Positions 11,301 through 23,277 of a stretch of 64,000 nucleotides of DNA are shown here, one piece after another. The DNA comes from Selaginella moellendorffii. Taxonomy: Eukaryota > Plantae > Lycopodiophyta. The position numbers and the translations under genes were made by a program. The stretch covers positions 35,700 to 99,699 of the forward strand of contig NW_003314282.1 in the NCBI RefSeq assembly GCF_000143415.4. The letters run 5' to 3'. Below the pieces are notes generated by a model, which was not told where the DNA came from, made no database searches, and was given only the letters and a program-made list of their open reading frames with translations. Positions within the stretch are counted from its first letter, which is position 1. Each line of letters begins with the position of its first letter.

Positions 11301-12722
11301 TAAATTTTCCCATTTTTGCATTGAGAAGGCCATACTTTGGCCATACAGACTTGCTCGTACATATTTAAAGCCTTCTTGCATTCTGGTAAGCAATGGATTG
11401 CCTATGAATTAGAGTTCCCTCACTTGTTCTTCCAGATTGCACCAAACAATGAATTTAGTTATTTTTAATTCACCTTCAATACTAATCTCCACACACCAAA
11501 TTACAAAGTGGTCTATGTGTCTGAGATTGGAGGAGCTTTGGTGTTGGAGGAAGCCACAATAGATGTGGCTGGGCCATATGCAAAAGCTATTAGGGAGGTT
11601 GTTTGCCAAATTCCAGGATCAGTAAGTCTAATTTTCATTTGGCTCACTAGGGTAGCTTTGTGTTACAAACGTGTGGACTATTTATGCTTAGGGAAGGAGC
11701 TATGTATTGGCATCCCAAGATGAAAGTGCATTCTAGGATGTTGCGACAAGAAGAGTAAGATGTGGTAAGTTAAGTGTAAAGCATAAGTTTTATATGCTCC
11801 TCATTTTTATATGCACAAGCTATCTTTGTAGGATGGTTGCTATTCTAAGCATCCAAATGCACAGGTATCTCGCGGGTGTACAATTGCAACATTGGCAATT
11901 GCAACTAGAGAGGTTCCAAACGAGAATAACTGACGACTTGCCCGAGGAGGACTGTATGAGATGGACCTCAAGGCATGCACACCACATATTTGGAATGCAC
12001 TCAACCAATTGCAAGGTGCATCAAGCCTAAAGAAGGAGGGCAATCAATGCAAGTCTGTGGATTCCATCCTAAAGGACCTTGCAATTACCAACTACAACAC
12101 AATACTTGAGTCTAGACTCACCAAACTTGATGAAGGTTATGAGTAGGCTATGGAGGCATGCGTGGCTACGGTGGCGTTACCTATTCATCGAGCCAAATGT
12201 AATGGGAAATTTACTCTAAGATGGCTTCCAACACTCAATACGCATGGAAGCTCATCAGAAGCCTTACAAGAGTCCAGCATTGTTAGGTGGGCTTTCATTC
12301 ATTGGGACAAATGCTTTGTTACAGGTCTTCTAGGTAAAGACAATTATTCCTCCCACGGAGTTCATCAACTGCTTAATCTTTGATAAGGACTTTGGAGAGA
12401 ACTTCCGTAGCTGGATTATGGACATCATTCGAGATAACTATTTACTTTCACAAACAACTAAAACTCTTGTATGTTTGAACATTTTATAGATATGAGCCCG
12501 AAAGAGTTATCCAAGTTCCATCACTTTGCGGTTGATTCTCTAGAGTTCTAACTGGGAGAGCCTATTTGGGTCCAAGTTGAAAGACAAGGTACATCATCTA
12601 CTCAATTTCCCAGGTTCTCCACATGCATATGAGAAGTTTTCTTCCCTTTAACATACCCATCAATGGAGTGGACCAAACACAAGGCACTCCAAAATCCAGA
12701 GAGCTTGTATGGATTAGGCTAA
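8400..12722 (+). pseudogene. Multi-exon pseudogene with S/T-rich and acidic regions and a C-terminal HECT E3 ubiquitin-ligase domain
   Basis: HECT motifs in order: EEATIDVAGPYAKAIRE (about 11548), MSPKELSKFHHFAVDS (about 12492), FPRFSTCI*EVFLP with Cys at 12624-12626, YPSMEWTKHKAL...YGLG* (stop 12720-12722). GT-AG introns and many stops. Linkage of the 8.4-11.4 kb exons to the HECT part is inferred. Confidence 0.6.
10460..10590 (+). repeat. Fragment of a family-B LTR
   Basis: TATTTATAGAAAGTGTCTAAAT...AAATTTACAATCTAAA...TATTTAGTAA aligns with 32750-32900. Confidence 0.7.
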
Positions 12723-12799
12723 TGTTGTGGAAGTACCATAATCTAGACACTTTCACAATAAAAATAGATAATTGTCTTGAAATATATTTCACACTTTGA

Positions 12800-13437
12800 A
12801 AGAGACTCTTTCCAATTTATTAGCAAAGCTAAAGGTAAGAAAATTCAAAATATTCCACAAATGCCCATTAGCCCTTGGTACCCTTTTAGCTTATGCCAAG
12901 GGTAATCACTATAGCTTTCAAAGCAGCTCCCAATTTAGGATCTAGGTCAAAACTATCGAGCTTGGGTGTTATATGATGCCCATCGACAGTTGAGGAACTT
13001 TTAACCTGTTTCATGGTAAAACCAAAATCACCCTCTGAGTTTATGAACTCATCCTTTCTTGCATCTCAAGCAGTAATATATCCCTTGCTATCACTGTCTT
13101 TAACAAAAATTTTCCCCTCGGTGATTGGCACAACATTAGAAGTAATTTTGGGCTTCTTTGTCGGAGGGATTGTTGAGCCTTGAGAGGAGGCATCATATAG
13201 AATCCTTGGTGTTGTCCCTTGTTGGATCCATTGTTATGCCTCAAAGAAGTCATAGAATCCTCTCTAGTTTGCCATGCTAGGAGGAAACCCAGAAACCTCA
13301 AATATTGCAAAAGGGTTAGAGCATATAGGAAACTGTCACAAATCTACTCTTACCAAAGTGAGCATGAGCTTCCAATCTCTAAAAACTTTAGTTCTTCGGC
13401 TGCAACGCACAACATACATTGGATAGTTTTGCCTCAT
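12800..13437 (-). pseudogene. Pseudogene with an N-terminal RNase H1 hybrid-binding (Cauli_VI-like) domain
   Basis: ATG at 13437. Exon 1 MRQNYPMYVVRCSRRTKVFRDWKLMLTL, 57-bp intron (GTAAG, 13353-13297), exon 2 VSGFPPSMAN*RGFYDFFEA*QWI. Compare consensus YYAVR.GR..GVY..W..C..QV.GF....YK.F....EA..W. The 3' extent is uncertain. Confidence 0.55.
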
Positions 13438-13482
13438 GCTTGGAAACCTTTTTTACAAATTTCAAAATTAATAATAATTTTA

Positions 13483-13746
13483 CAATTATTATTAGAAAAT
13501 GTTGAAAGTGTCCATTGTAATTGCTCTTCTCACCTGAATGTTAATGCATGCAATTGCAACTTCCATATTCTCAAATCTCCTTCAGCAAGCTCCTCTTGAG
13601 AGAACTCCAGGTCCAATTTGAAACAATTATAATTGGAAAATGTTGAAAGTGTTTATTGTTATCCTAAATGTTACTACATGCAATTGCAACTTCCACATTC
13701 TCAAATCTCCTTTAACATGCTCCTCTTGAGAAAATTCCAGGCCCAA
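13483..13746. repeat. Diverged tandem duplication, 2 x about 130 bp
   Basis: GAAAATGTTGAAAGTGT...CATGCAATTGCAACTTCCA..TTCTCAAATCTCCTT...CTCCTCTTGAGA occurs twice. Confidence 0.8.
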
Positions 13747-14701
13747 ACATCAACACTATGCACCTTTGTGTAGTACACAATTGAAGTATGAACCCCACCA
13801 ATTCATCGAATTGGTTAGACTTTAACCTACTTTTGAGTCATATGCAAATTTTTTAGGCATCATGGTACAAAACTAAAGTGTTGAGAGAGCTACACTAGAA
13901 ATCAATGGTAATGAAGGATAAACTCAATAGGATGCATTAAATACATAACTCCAAACAATATATATCTATGGTTTTGCAATGGAGCTAAATGGAATTCACT
14001 TACACTAGCTATGAACACTATGTTAAAAAAGGTGTGCCAAAAAAGGATAATTCAGTTCTTTTGCCATAAGCGCCAAGAGCAAGATGTGAGAATATAGTGC
14101 TCTAGATAAAGTAATATAGTATGCAATTTGGTCAATTGTCCATTTGGTTTGCAACATTAACAACTTGCTAGAATGCATGGGATGAATGGGTCTATGCGCC
14201 ATGAATGGCTCCATTCCATACATAGCATGGGTCATTGTTATGGGCATGATGCCCCATCCGGGGCATAAGGATTGGATATTCGCAAAATATTCTATGCCTG
14301 TGTTTCCATTGTAAAATCCACCTTTTTACAAATTGCACGCCATAGGTTGTTCGCAATTAGGAGAATGTCATCGGCATAAAGGAGTTGCAAGATCATCCAC
14401 TTATTTTCTCTTATTATTTTCGGAGAAGTAACGGAAGACTCCAGCTACATGTTTGCCAAGGTGAAACAGAGAAAATTATATTCTTGCGGCTTGTAGCTTT
14501 TACATAGCAAGTATTCTCGCGCAAAGGAAGAAGCCCTGCTGGAAAAGAGAAAACTTATTGGATGTGATCACGAATTCATCGAAAAAGAAAGATGACGGAT
14601 CAAAGCTCGCTCATTTGCTCCACTCACTCACCCCGACTCTCGGATTGGAAGCAAAACAAACGAGAGCAAACCTGGAACAAGCAAGAAAACCTGGAAAGCA
14701 G

Positions 14702-15745
14702 CTACGGCTGCTGGTGAGAATCGATAAACCCGTGCTCCACAAGCACCTTCTCACGCTGTGCTTTCTCCAGATCCGAGTCCACCATCATGGCCACCAGCTG
14801 CTTGAACGACACCTTGGGCTTCCATCCCAGCGCACTCCTGGCCTTGGCCGCCGAGCCGCGGAGATTATCCACCTCGGTGGGCCGAAAGTACCTAGGATCA
14901 ATCTCGACGTGCTCCCTCCACTCGAGACCAACGTAGCCAAACGCCTCCTCGAGAAACTCCTCCACGGTGTGCGACTCCTCGGTGGCCACCACGTAGTCAT
15001 CCGGCGTCTCCTGCTGGAGCATGAGCCACATCGCCTGGACGTAGTCACCGGCGAATCCCCAGTCCCTGCTCGCCTTGAGGTTGCCGAGGAAGAGCTTCTT
15101 CTGGAGCCCGACTTTGATCCGCCCGACTGCGCGAGTGATCTTGCGGGTGACGAAGTTCTCGCCGCGCCGGGGGCTCTCGTGGTTGAAGAGGATGCCATTG
15201 CAAGCGAAGAGACCATAGGCCTCGCGATAGTTGACGGTGTACCAGTGCGCGGCCACCTTGGCGGCGGCGTAGGGGCTCCGGGGGTGGAACGCGGTGGCCT
15301 CGTCCTGGGGCGGCGGCGTGGAGCCATACATCTCGGAGGATCCGGCCTGGTAGTAGCGGATCTGGCGACCCGTGGTGGAGCAGTGGGTCTTGACGGCCTC
15401 GAGGAGGCGGAGAGCTCCAGTGGCGACGACGTCGGCGGTGTAGTCGGGATTCTCGAAGGAGACGCCGACGTGGGACTGGGCGCCCAGGTTGTAGACTTCG
15501 TCGGGGAGGATGGCGTCGACCCACTTGCGCAGGGCGGAGGCGTCGGCGAGATCGCCGTAGTGGAGCTTCATCCGGGCGGCGGAGATGTGGGGGTCGATGT
15601 AGATGTGATCCAGGCGCTGGGTGTTGAAGTTGGAGGAGCGGCGGATGATCCCGTGGACCTCGTAGCCTTTGGAGAGGAGGAACTCGGTGAGGTAGGAGCC
15701 GTCCTGGCCTGTGATGCCGGTGATGAGCGCCTTCTTGCAATCCAT
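14702..15745 (-). CDS. GMD: GDP-mannose 4,6-dehydratase (GMD/MUR1 family), intronless
   Basis: [24 protein letters not shown]...AQSHVGVSF...SSEMYG...PRSPYAAAK...[21 protein letters not shown]...[13 protein letters not shown] is at 15745; the track start at 15790 is TTG. Confidence 0.97.
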   Translation of the reverse strand: MDCKKALITGITGQDGSYLTEFLLSKGYEVHGIIRRSSNFNTQRLDHIYIDPHISAARMKLHYGDLADASALRKWVDAILPDEVYNLGAQSHVGVSFENPDYTADVVATGALRLLEAVKTHCSTTGRQIRYYQAGSSEMYGSTPPPQDEATAFHPRSPYAAAKVAAHWYTVNYREAYGLFACNGILFNHESPRRGENFVTRKITRAVGRIKVGLQKKLFLGNLKASRDWGFAGDYVQAMWLMLQQETPDDYVVATEESHTVEEFLEEAFGYVGLEWREHVEIDPRYFRPTEVDNLRGSAAKARSALGWKPKVSFKQLVAMMVDSDLEKAQREKVLVEHGFIDSHQQP

Positions 15746-16059
15746 CTTGAGCGAGCGCGATCCAAATTTTCCAGATCTACACTCTACCAAGGAGGGATGG
15801 AGCCCTAAACACTTTCTTTCTCTTTTCTTCGTTAACAGTTGCGTAACCAGAAGGGGATGTTATACTACATCCAGAGATGCTGGAATTTTTCTCCGGCCTT
15901 CCCGCGTGGTTGTAATGTGATTCTCTTGCGGTAGGCGCAAGTTAGGAGATTTTGGCTGGCAATTTTGACTTTGCCTTGGCCGAGATCATGCATGCCATAT
16001 TCTCGCTGAACCCAACAACTTTACTTTAATGCTACCCGTAATCTAAAGGGGAAGCGAGA

Positions 16060-16480
16060 TACTTTCCTGTCTAAGAGCTGAAGTCATGATCTTTAACCTA
16101 TGATCGAGCAGAGAAATGGAGTGTCATGTCCCTGCCACAACTATCTAAAATTCATATGGTTTGTCTGGAAATTTTGCTGCCCATGTGTAGAGAGGCTTCA
16201 TCTAGTTTGTGAGGATGTGAATCCACGATGGTTTCAAACAATCGATTTGGTCAAGTCTGAATGCTTAGCAACAGGGAAAAATTAGGAAAAAGAAAACGAT
16301 GGCAATGCCAAATGAGCTCAAAATTGAGAGGAGGGATGAGGGTAGCATTGGTATCTGAAACAAAATCATGTACATATGATTTCGTATATATTGCTTGATT
16401 ACAGTAAATCTCTCTTGTTCTGCTTGTAAAAAAAAACGACGGTATGTGCATTGTATATTATAGACATGTTTTTGGGCAAT
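16060..16480 (-). pseudogene. Highly decayed GRDP paralog (exons 1-3 remnants)
   Basis: LIPPLNFELIWHCHR, RLFETIVD, WAAKFPDKPYE and ALRQE are collinear with the intact GRDP (PPLDCEWIWHCHR, RLFGKIVD, WTSSFPDEPYE, VLRQK). Confidence 0.65.
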
Positions 16481-17274
16481 TCCAGCTGGAGGCATTAGAT
16501 AACTGGTGAATCCAAGCTAGGGGCCCCCCTCGCCCTACTCTCTCGGCCTTCTCTTGAGCTCGTTGCTCCCTAAACTCCTCCGAGCGCAGCAGAAACGTTG
16601 TGAGAGGCTGGGCAATCGTGCTGTCAGGGAGGCCGATGAGATCCAGGTCCCCCCTGGCTGTCCATGTCCAGGTCTATTGAACTTTGAACAGAAAGATGGT
16701 GAAATACAACATGCCTATTCCATGGATGGATAATATGTTAAGTTTTCATTAGATTTGCATAGTATTACCACCAAATTGCATGTGATTTCAAAGTTGGCAC
16801 TCTCAACTAGCTTTAAGCATTGCAAGTCTATAGTAATGCAGTTCAAGCTTACTAGAAATATTTACAAGATTGTCAAGATTTTTTCAATGATATTTTTATT
16901 TTCACTCTGCAAGGGTAGTGATTGGGAGGTGGGCCAAAGTTGAGTTCAAGGTTTACAAAGGAAATTTAAATTGAAAAAATAAGGAAATAAATGATTTATT
17001 TACATCTTATTTTATATTTTAACAAACATCCTTATTATGGCATGTAATAAATATTTAAATTGTTAAAACAAAAAGTGTCCTTTAGAATATTTTTATCTAT
17101 ATAATGGAAATTATTATGTTTGCCATAACTTTAATATTTTAAAGTTTATAATGTTTGTATTAAAATATAATTGAAATTTAGAGCTCAACTCATGAACTCA
17201 ACTCTTCAACTCATGAGCTCAAAAATAATCTATGCTTATTTAGAAAGTTTGGAGCACAAGTATTGGCACTATTG

Positions 17275-17683
17275 GCACTTTGTTAACGATCGCTTTCGCC
17301 CTTCACCAAATAAGGTCCATCCACAATTTTACTGAACAATCTCTTACAGTCCTCAGCATATTGAACCTTGTCAAACAGGTCACTTTAGTAAATTGGCAGT
17401 GGACAGATAATGAATAGCCACAAGGGATGGCAATGCCATATCCAGCTGCAATCAAGTGGCAATACAAAGGTTCCAGAAGAATTTGTTAGCAGTGGAAGGC
17501 AGTAGTACTGGTATTTAGAATCCAAGAAGAAATCAGCAAACCAGATCAAACAAGTAAATATCTTACCTGTCCAAAACTGCCCTCTCAAACAGCTTAAAGC
17601 TGGCATGTACCAGCCAAAGAAACGTGATTTTGCAGCTGGCAATTGAGCCATTCATTCACTTGATTCCCAGAAAGCGATGCCAT
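17275..17683 (-). pseudogene. GRDP paralog pseudogene (exons 1-3)
   Basis: MASLSGNQVNEW...LVHASFKLFERAVLDR|GTAAG, YQYYCLPLL...LPLDCSWIWHCH and VQYAEDCKRLFSKIVD match GRDP exons at 19138-19600, with deletions. Confidence 0.8.
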
Positions 17684-17689
17684 TGCTTA

Positions 17690-18660
17690 GTCTGTGAGTT
17701 GATGCTTAAATGCTCTCGCCTGAAGCGGGAAGAAGCTGCATGTTTTGACTCTTCCAAGGATGCGTAGAGTGTTCGGAAGTATGTGTCTTAGAGATTTTGG
17801 ATACTTCACTCTAGTTTCTAGTGACCGCCAATGATCTTGAAATCCACGCGAGGCTCGCAGATAATTGACTAGCGTGGCAGGATAGTCGAACTTGCTTTTG
17901 TCGTTCGGCATCCACGTTTCCCCTGATACAAAACGTAGAAAGAAATAGATAGTTTAAATGCACAACTGTACCTTCAAGGGAAATCCAAGAGAAGCAGCAA
18001 GAAGTACTCTTCCATGTCCTTTACACTTCGTGTGAAAACAACACAGAATTAGAGAGATTGTTTTACAGCCGGTAATGTTGCTCACCATGGAGGATGAATG
18101 CATAGAACACATACGACTTGTACATTGGGAGAAAGGCTGTCGAAACTAGCGGTGACTACTTGAAAGGACTTTAAAACCTCGCACTTCGTGGATGTGAGAT
18201 GTGCCAAGTGAGAGAACCATCTAAAGCAAGGATCATGTCAAGAGAACAAAACAAGGAAAGACATACCAGCTGGTTTCATGTTTGAGATCAAGTGATTGGC
18301 GCCCTCCCAGTTGTGCCAAGAGCGCTTCAAACCTTTACGAAACAAAGAAAAGAAAAGCCGTCAGATGCTAAGCACGACATGGAAGAGAACTTTGACGAGG
18401 TTTCTGCTGGAAGATCGTCATCCTCGCTGCTAACCTCTTGGAAGCTCTTGCACAGAAAGCTTGCTCAAGGATTCATCATAGAAAAATATATCAATGAGAG
18501 GAGAAGAAAGAGTCACCTCGGACGTGGTATCACTATCGATCGGATCAATGCTAGAATCCACCCTGGAAGAGAATGATCGCTAGAAGCAAAGAATAATCAC
18601 CGGAAATGCAGCTACCTCGTGCTTGCCTTCAACGTCGTCGTCGTCGTCGTCGGCATCTGA
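17690..18660 (-). pseudogene. Short-exon gene relic, possibly a DEAD-box helicase fragment
   Basis: Several GT-AG-bounded short exons. Peptides GGRQSLDLKH, MVLSLG and LSPNVQVVCVLCIHPP weakly resemble the region around helicase motifs II-III, but no DEAD or SAT motif is intact. Confidence 0.25.
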
Positions 18661-19137
18661 TATACCACTGATCTTATGTTTTCAGTCTCTGATCAGGGCA
18701 GAGCATGCCCTATCCAATCAAACAACCCTGATGCGTGTGCTACAACAATTTAGCTTTCAATAGATGAATTATAACATTTTCCCCAAGAGCCAGTCTAATT
18801 TCTCGTCTTCTTGGTGTCTTCTACGCTAATCTCCAAGGCGTGGATTGAGTTGTCTGGATCATCTTCCAAAGCTGCGCCGAAGATCTCCGGACAAATCTAA
18901 AATGTTGTTTGATGTTGTTTAGGTGGTCGTTCCAAGGATGATTTATAAGGAGTCTAAGCCTTCTCAAGGTGCGACCTATTTTGTTTCAGAGTGGACTTAG
19001 ATAAGTTCCTCGCTCCTTCTTTTTTTCCCACTAGGCCATGATCTATTTGAATAGATCTATAGAGAAGTTTCTTCTCGTGAGATGAGAAGCATTGCTGTGT
19101 TTAAGCGTTTCTTCTCGATTCGCGAACTCACAAACCA

Positions 19138-21854
19138 ATGGCAGCATCGCCGCCCCAAGTGAATCGCGAATGGTCCGGCGCTCAAGAGATTTCACTCTCT
19201 TTGGATGTTGTAGCGGCTGCGAGAACTCACCTGGAGTTTCTATCGGTGGTACACGCGAATTACAAGCTTTTTGAGGAGCCTGCTTTAAACAGAGCGATTG
19301 AGAGGTATATCTTCTACACTTTGTAAGCTTGTGATTAATTTTCTTTGTCTCTCCCAAAACTAGATACCAATATTGTTGTCTTCCATTGCTAGCCAGTTCT
19401 TCGTCAAGACTCCTTCCACCACTTGACTGCGAATGGATTTGGCACTGCCATCGCTTGAATCCAGTGAGTTTTAAAAGGATACTTCCACCAGATTGCTGAT
19501 ACTTGTACGCTGGAGTAGATCCAATATGCCGAGGATTGCCAAAGACTTTTTGGAAAAATAGTGGACGCACCTTGCCTGGAGAAGTCCGAGAATGCTCTTC
19601 AACAAAGTATGGTTGCTTGGACTTCCAGCTTTCCAGATGAACCGTATGAACTCGACCTTTCTGGCGAAGAGAAAATCTCTTTGACTAGACCATCGTACTC
19701 CGGAAGATCGAGTGGCATCTCCTACAACTTGGCCGATGCGGTTCTCAGGCAGAAAAAGTTTTACTATCAGGTACGTGATGGTTTGCTTTTAGACCTATGA
19801 AACTCGGAACTCATCGCCATACCTATAACAGGTTTCCGGGCCGCACTACGTTGACGAGAACTTCTTACGCGCTGCGGTTGCTCGATACAAGGCGTTTCTC
19901 CATCTCGTCGTCCGACACACATCCGCAGCATCGGTGTTCTTAGTTCCCACTTACGACATTGATTTGATATGGCACACGCATCAACTTCATCCTATGAGTT
20001 ACAGCAGCGACCTCACACGGTTATTTGGAAGGATCTTCGAGCACGATGATACGGACAGTAACAGAGATCCCGGAGGAAAATTGGACAAAGGATTCGCAAA
20101 AACTCTTTCTCTGTGGGAATCTTTATATGATTTGCCATACGAGAAGGCAGGGTGCATGTATAGAGGGGAGCCGCCAGCAGCGATTTCGGGAACGATTGCT
20201 TATGATCCCACCAAGCTCGCGAGTCTCTCTTGCAGAACCAAGGTTTCACTGAAAGCCAGGAACACTATCCAGGTATATGGTCAGAACTTTTGCAAGTTCG
20301 ATATGAATCACTGATCGTTCAAACGCAGGTTCGTCTCTCCGTGCGAGGTTCCAAAGGTTTACCGCAGGATGGCAGCGTCTCTTTCGTTTTCAGCATGCTA
20401 AAGCAAACAAGTTTTGAGCTCCATAGCAAAAAGCGCGAAGGCTCATCGCCGAGGAATGTAGTTTCGTCCATGACACCCGAGCTATCCACCGAGGGGCTTG
20501 TGATCACAGCTCGGCAGAAGGGGATGTTCACGTCCAAAACGCTGGGACGACTCGTCATTCCGTGGAAAAACCTCAGCGATTCCGAGACGCAGTCGCTTGG
20601 CGGCTGGTTTCCAATGCAAGACACAAAGAAGGACCGAGAAGTGTCGGTGCTGGTTTATATCTCCGCTACTCCTCCGGTCACTGCGAATTATCTCTTGAGA
20701 AGCGTGAGAGTGAGAGACACTGGAGAAGATGGAGCCACTCGCAGCAGTTTTAGTTCTCAAGGCGTGTGGATAACAAGGACTGTCTTCGATCATGCCAACA
20801 AGGAATGTTTCGTCATTCGTTGCCGGTGAGTTTGCCAAGCTTTTCTTTTTTGTGGATGACATGAATCGCTCGATCTCTCCTTTGCTGTCTAGATACAAAC
20901 GTGAAGGAGGTAAACGTCTCGCAGACGCTGATAAAGTCGTGAATGTTCATCGGACATACAAAGGCTCCCACTCCGTTGATGGTAATACAACGATCGCAAA
21001 GTTTTCACTCTTCTTTTTTTCTCAATTCTTCCTAGGTGAGGTTCTTGGATCTGCAAGGCAGCTCGAGAGACCATCCAAGGACTCACGAAGGTGGTCTCTT
21101 CTGGACGATGCCATAGTTTTAGTCGTGGAAAAGGACGCGAGTGACAAGCAGTGGAACACGAGACCAGGAATGAGCTTGAATATGGAGATTAAGTCCGAGG
21201 ACTGTCCAGTAAGTTGTCATGTTCGAAGAACATGATCATTAACCGAGTTATCTCTTTTTGCATATTAATAAGATCGCGCTTCTTCCCGGTCGGCACTTGG
21301 AGTTTTCTGTGCCTGGATCATCGGACCAAATGGAAGCATGCTTTGTGACAATGGTGAGATTCACAAGCGACGCACCTCAAGGGAAAGCAACAGCGCTCAT
21401 CAACTGGCGCTCCGGTGGCATGGAGGTGAAGTTTCTTCCATTTTTTCTTTCCATTCTAGCAAACTAAGTGTATAGATTGATCCCAACGAGGATGTGCTAC
21501 TTGTGCTCCTTTTTTCCGCAACCATAAGCATGTCCGTGTCTGATATTCTTGGCAAAGGAATTCCTCCGTGGGCAAAACCAAGAGCTTTGGAAGAAGATCA
21601 AGATCACTGGGGTGGGCCACGAGAGTATGCTTGTCGAGTCTAAATTCTAAGTGCATTGTTTAACAGGTGCCGTGAAGATCGACCATGATGGTCTTGGTGG
21701 TGAAATCTATTCTTGGTACAATGATGGTTTCTCCTATGTTGGTGGCTGTGGTATTAGTGCTGGCGGCGGTTGTGGTGGTGGTGGCTGTGGCGGTGGTGGA
21801 TGTGGAGGTGGTGGTGGTGGTGGATGTGGTGGTGGATGTGGTGGTGGTGGGTAA
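19138..21854 (+). CDS. GRDP1: Glycine-rich domain-containing protein (GRDP1-like, DUF1399), about 10 exons
   Basis: LPPLDCEWIWHCHRLNP, FLVPTYDIDLIWHTHQLHP, EHDDTDSNRDPGGKLDKGF, PYEKAGCMYRG, ALLPGRHLEF, GKATALINWR, C-terminal GGCGGG repeats. GT-AG introns of about 50-70 bp. Confidence 0.92.
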
Positions 21855-23277
21855 TTCTAAAGCATTAAGTATAAACACTTTCATTAACCGCAAATAATAT
21901 CAATATATTTCATGATTAATGAATAACATTAGTTTAAAAAATAATGTATGTTTTTATGTATCAGATATTTATAACAATATATAATTTAGCAATTAGCTCA
22001 TGGAAAACATAAAATTAATTTTAACTTGAACAAGTTTTGATAAACTTGGTGGGGTTTATTTTATATATATTTCATATCTTGTTACAAAAATGCAATAAAA
22101 GAAACTAAATCAGTGAAAAGCCAAAGACAAGAAATTAAACTATTCGCTGGAAAAAAAATGTTAGTATAATATAAAATAAATAAACCCTAAAAGAAAGAAG
22201 TCCAAACCTCTCATATTTCATGGAGGAAGTTCTTTCTTAAACTGTATGATAAAATTCACAAAATATCTTTGAATGAAATGTTTTGATACATTTGTGAGGT
22301 TTCTATAATATGTATTATATCTATGTAGATATAAATAAGACTAAACTTTATTAATTAAGATAATCTTAGTTATAATTTTAATATAAGAATTATAAAAACA
22401 TATAATTATTAATATAAAATAAACATTTTCATATAAAACATTTGTGGTTATTTTATATTCATTCTCAAGTTTTCCGTGCCTCATATAATTAACAATATAT
22501 AATCTATATTCATTTGGTTCATTATTCAAATTTTTTGAGATTTATGCCATTACCAAAAGTGTGGTGTGTGAGTGTATGAAATATGGAAAGAAAATACAAA
22601 AATGTGCATATCAATTAACCCAAAAACCTTAGCTTATATACAAGAGCGAGTGGTCTGAATTGAAATTAATCCAACAACTATCAAAATCCCACTACACTAA
22701 TATTAATATATAGCATTGTAGTTGTACATTTGGACCTCATATCATCCCCTCCTTTCAGAATGATGGAAGACTATTAGAGTTCTCTTGTGGATGGGCCGGG
22801 ATCTGGAAGAACATCAAAAGGACATTGTTGCATCTGTAGGTGGTGCCAGTTCATGATCCCTTTGTATAAAGTGTCTCAGTTGTTGCACATGCATAATTTC
22901 TAGAGGAATGACCTGTTGGAAATCATATTAAACCTTATAAACTTGCAATCCAACTTGCCGCAACATTTCATACAGTCCTTTCCACTGAGCAAGGAACCCC
23001 TTAGATAAACCACATACCATAAGATAAGGAAAACAAACTAACATTAAGTCATTTATTTTGTACTCTATAAATGAACAATAATAGGAGTTGTAGTGTTGTT
23101 ATTGTCCCACTTGTATATAGCCCAAGTGTTTGTTAGAACCTACTCGAATAAGTGGAAGAATGCTTGTCAAATATTAATCCCAAGACTTAGCATTGGCAAC
23201 TTGTAGCAATTGTGAAGGTAAACCTAACTTTGTTGGTAGTATTGACTCATAACCATATAGAAATTTATATAGTGAAG

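Noticed and set aside
14558-15808. 416-aa plus-strand ORF and other overlapping ORFs
   Set aside because: Antisense/alternate-frame shadows of the GC-rich GMD gene; no independent motifs.
16700-17260. AT-rich block between the GRDP pseudogenes as a MITE
   Set aside because: No convincing TIR/TSD pair identified.
22555-22566. TSD for host element C
   Set aside because: Left flank TGGTG and right flank ACTGT do not match.
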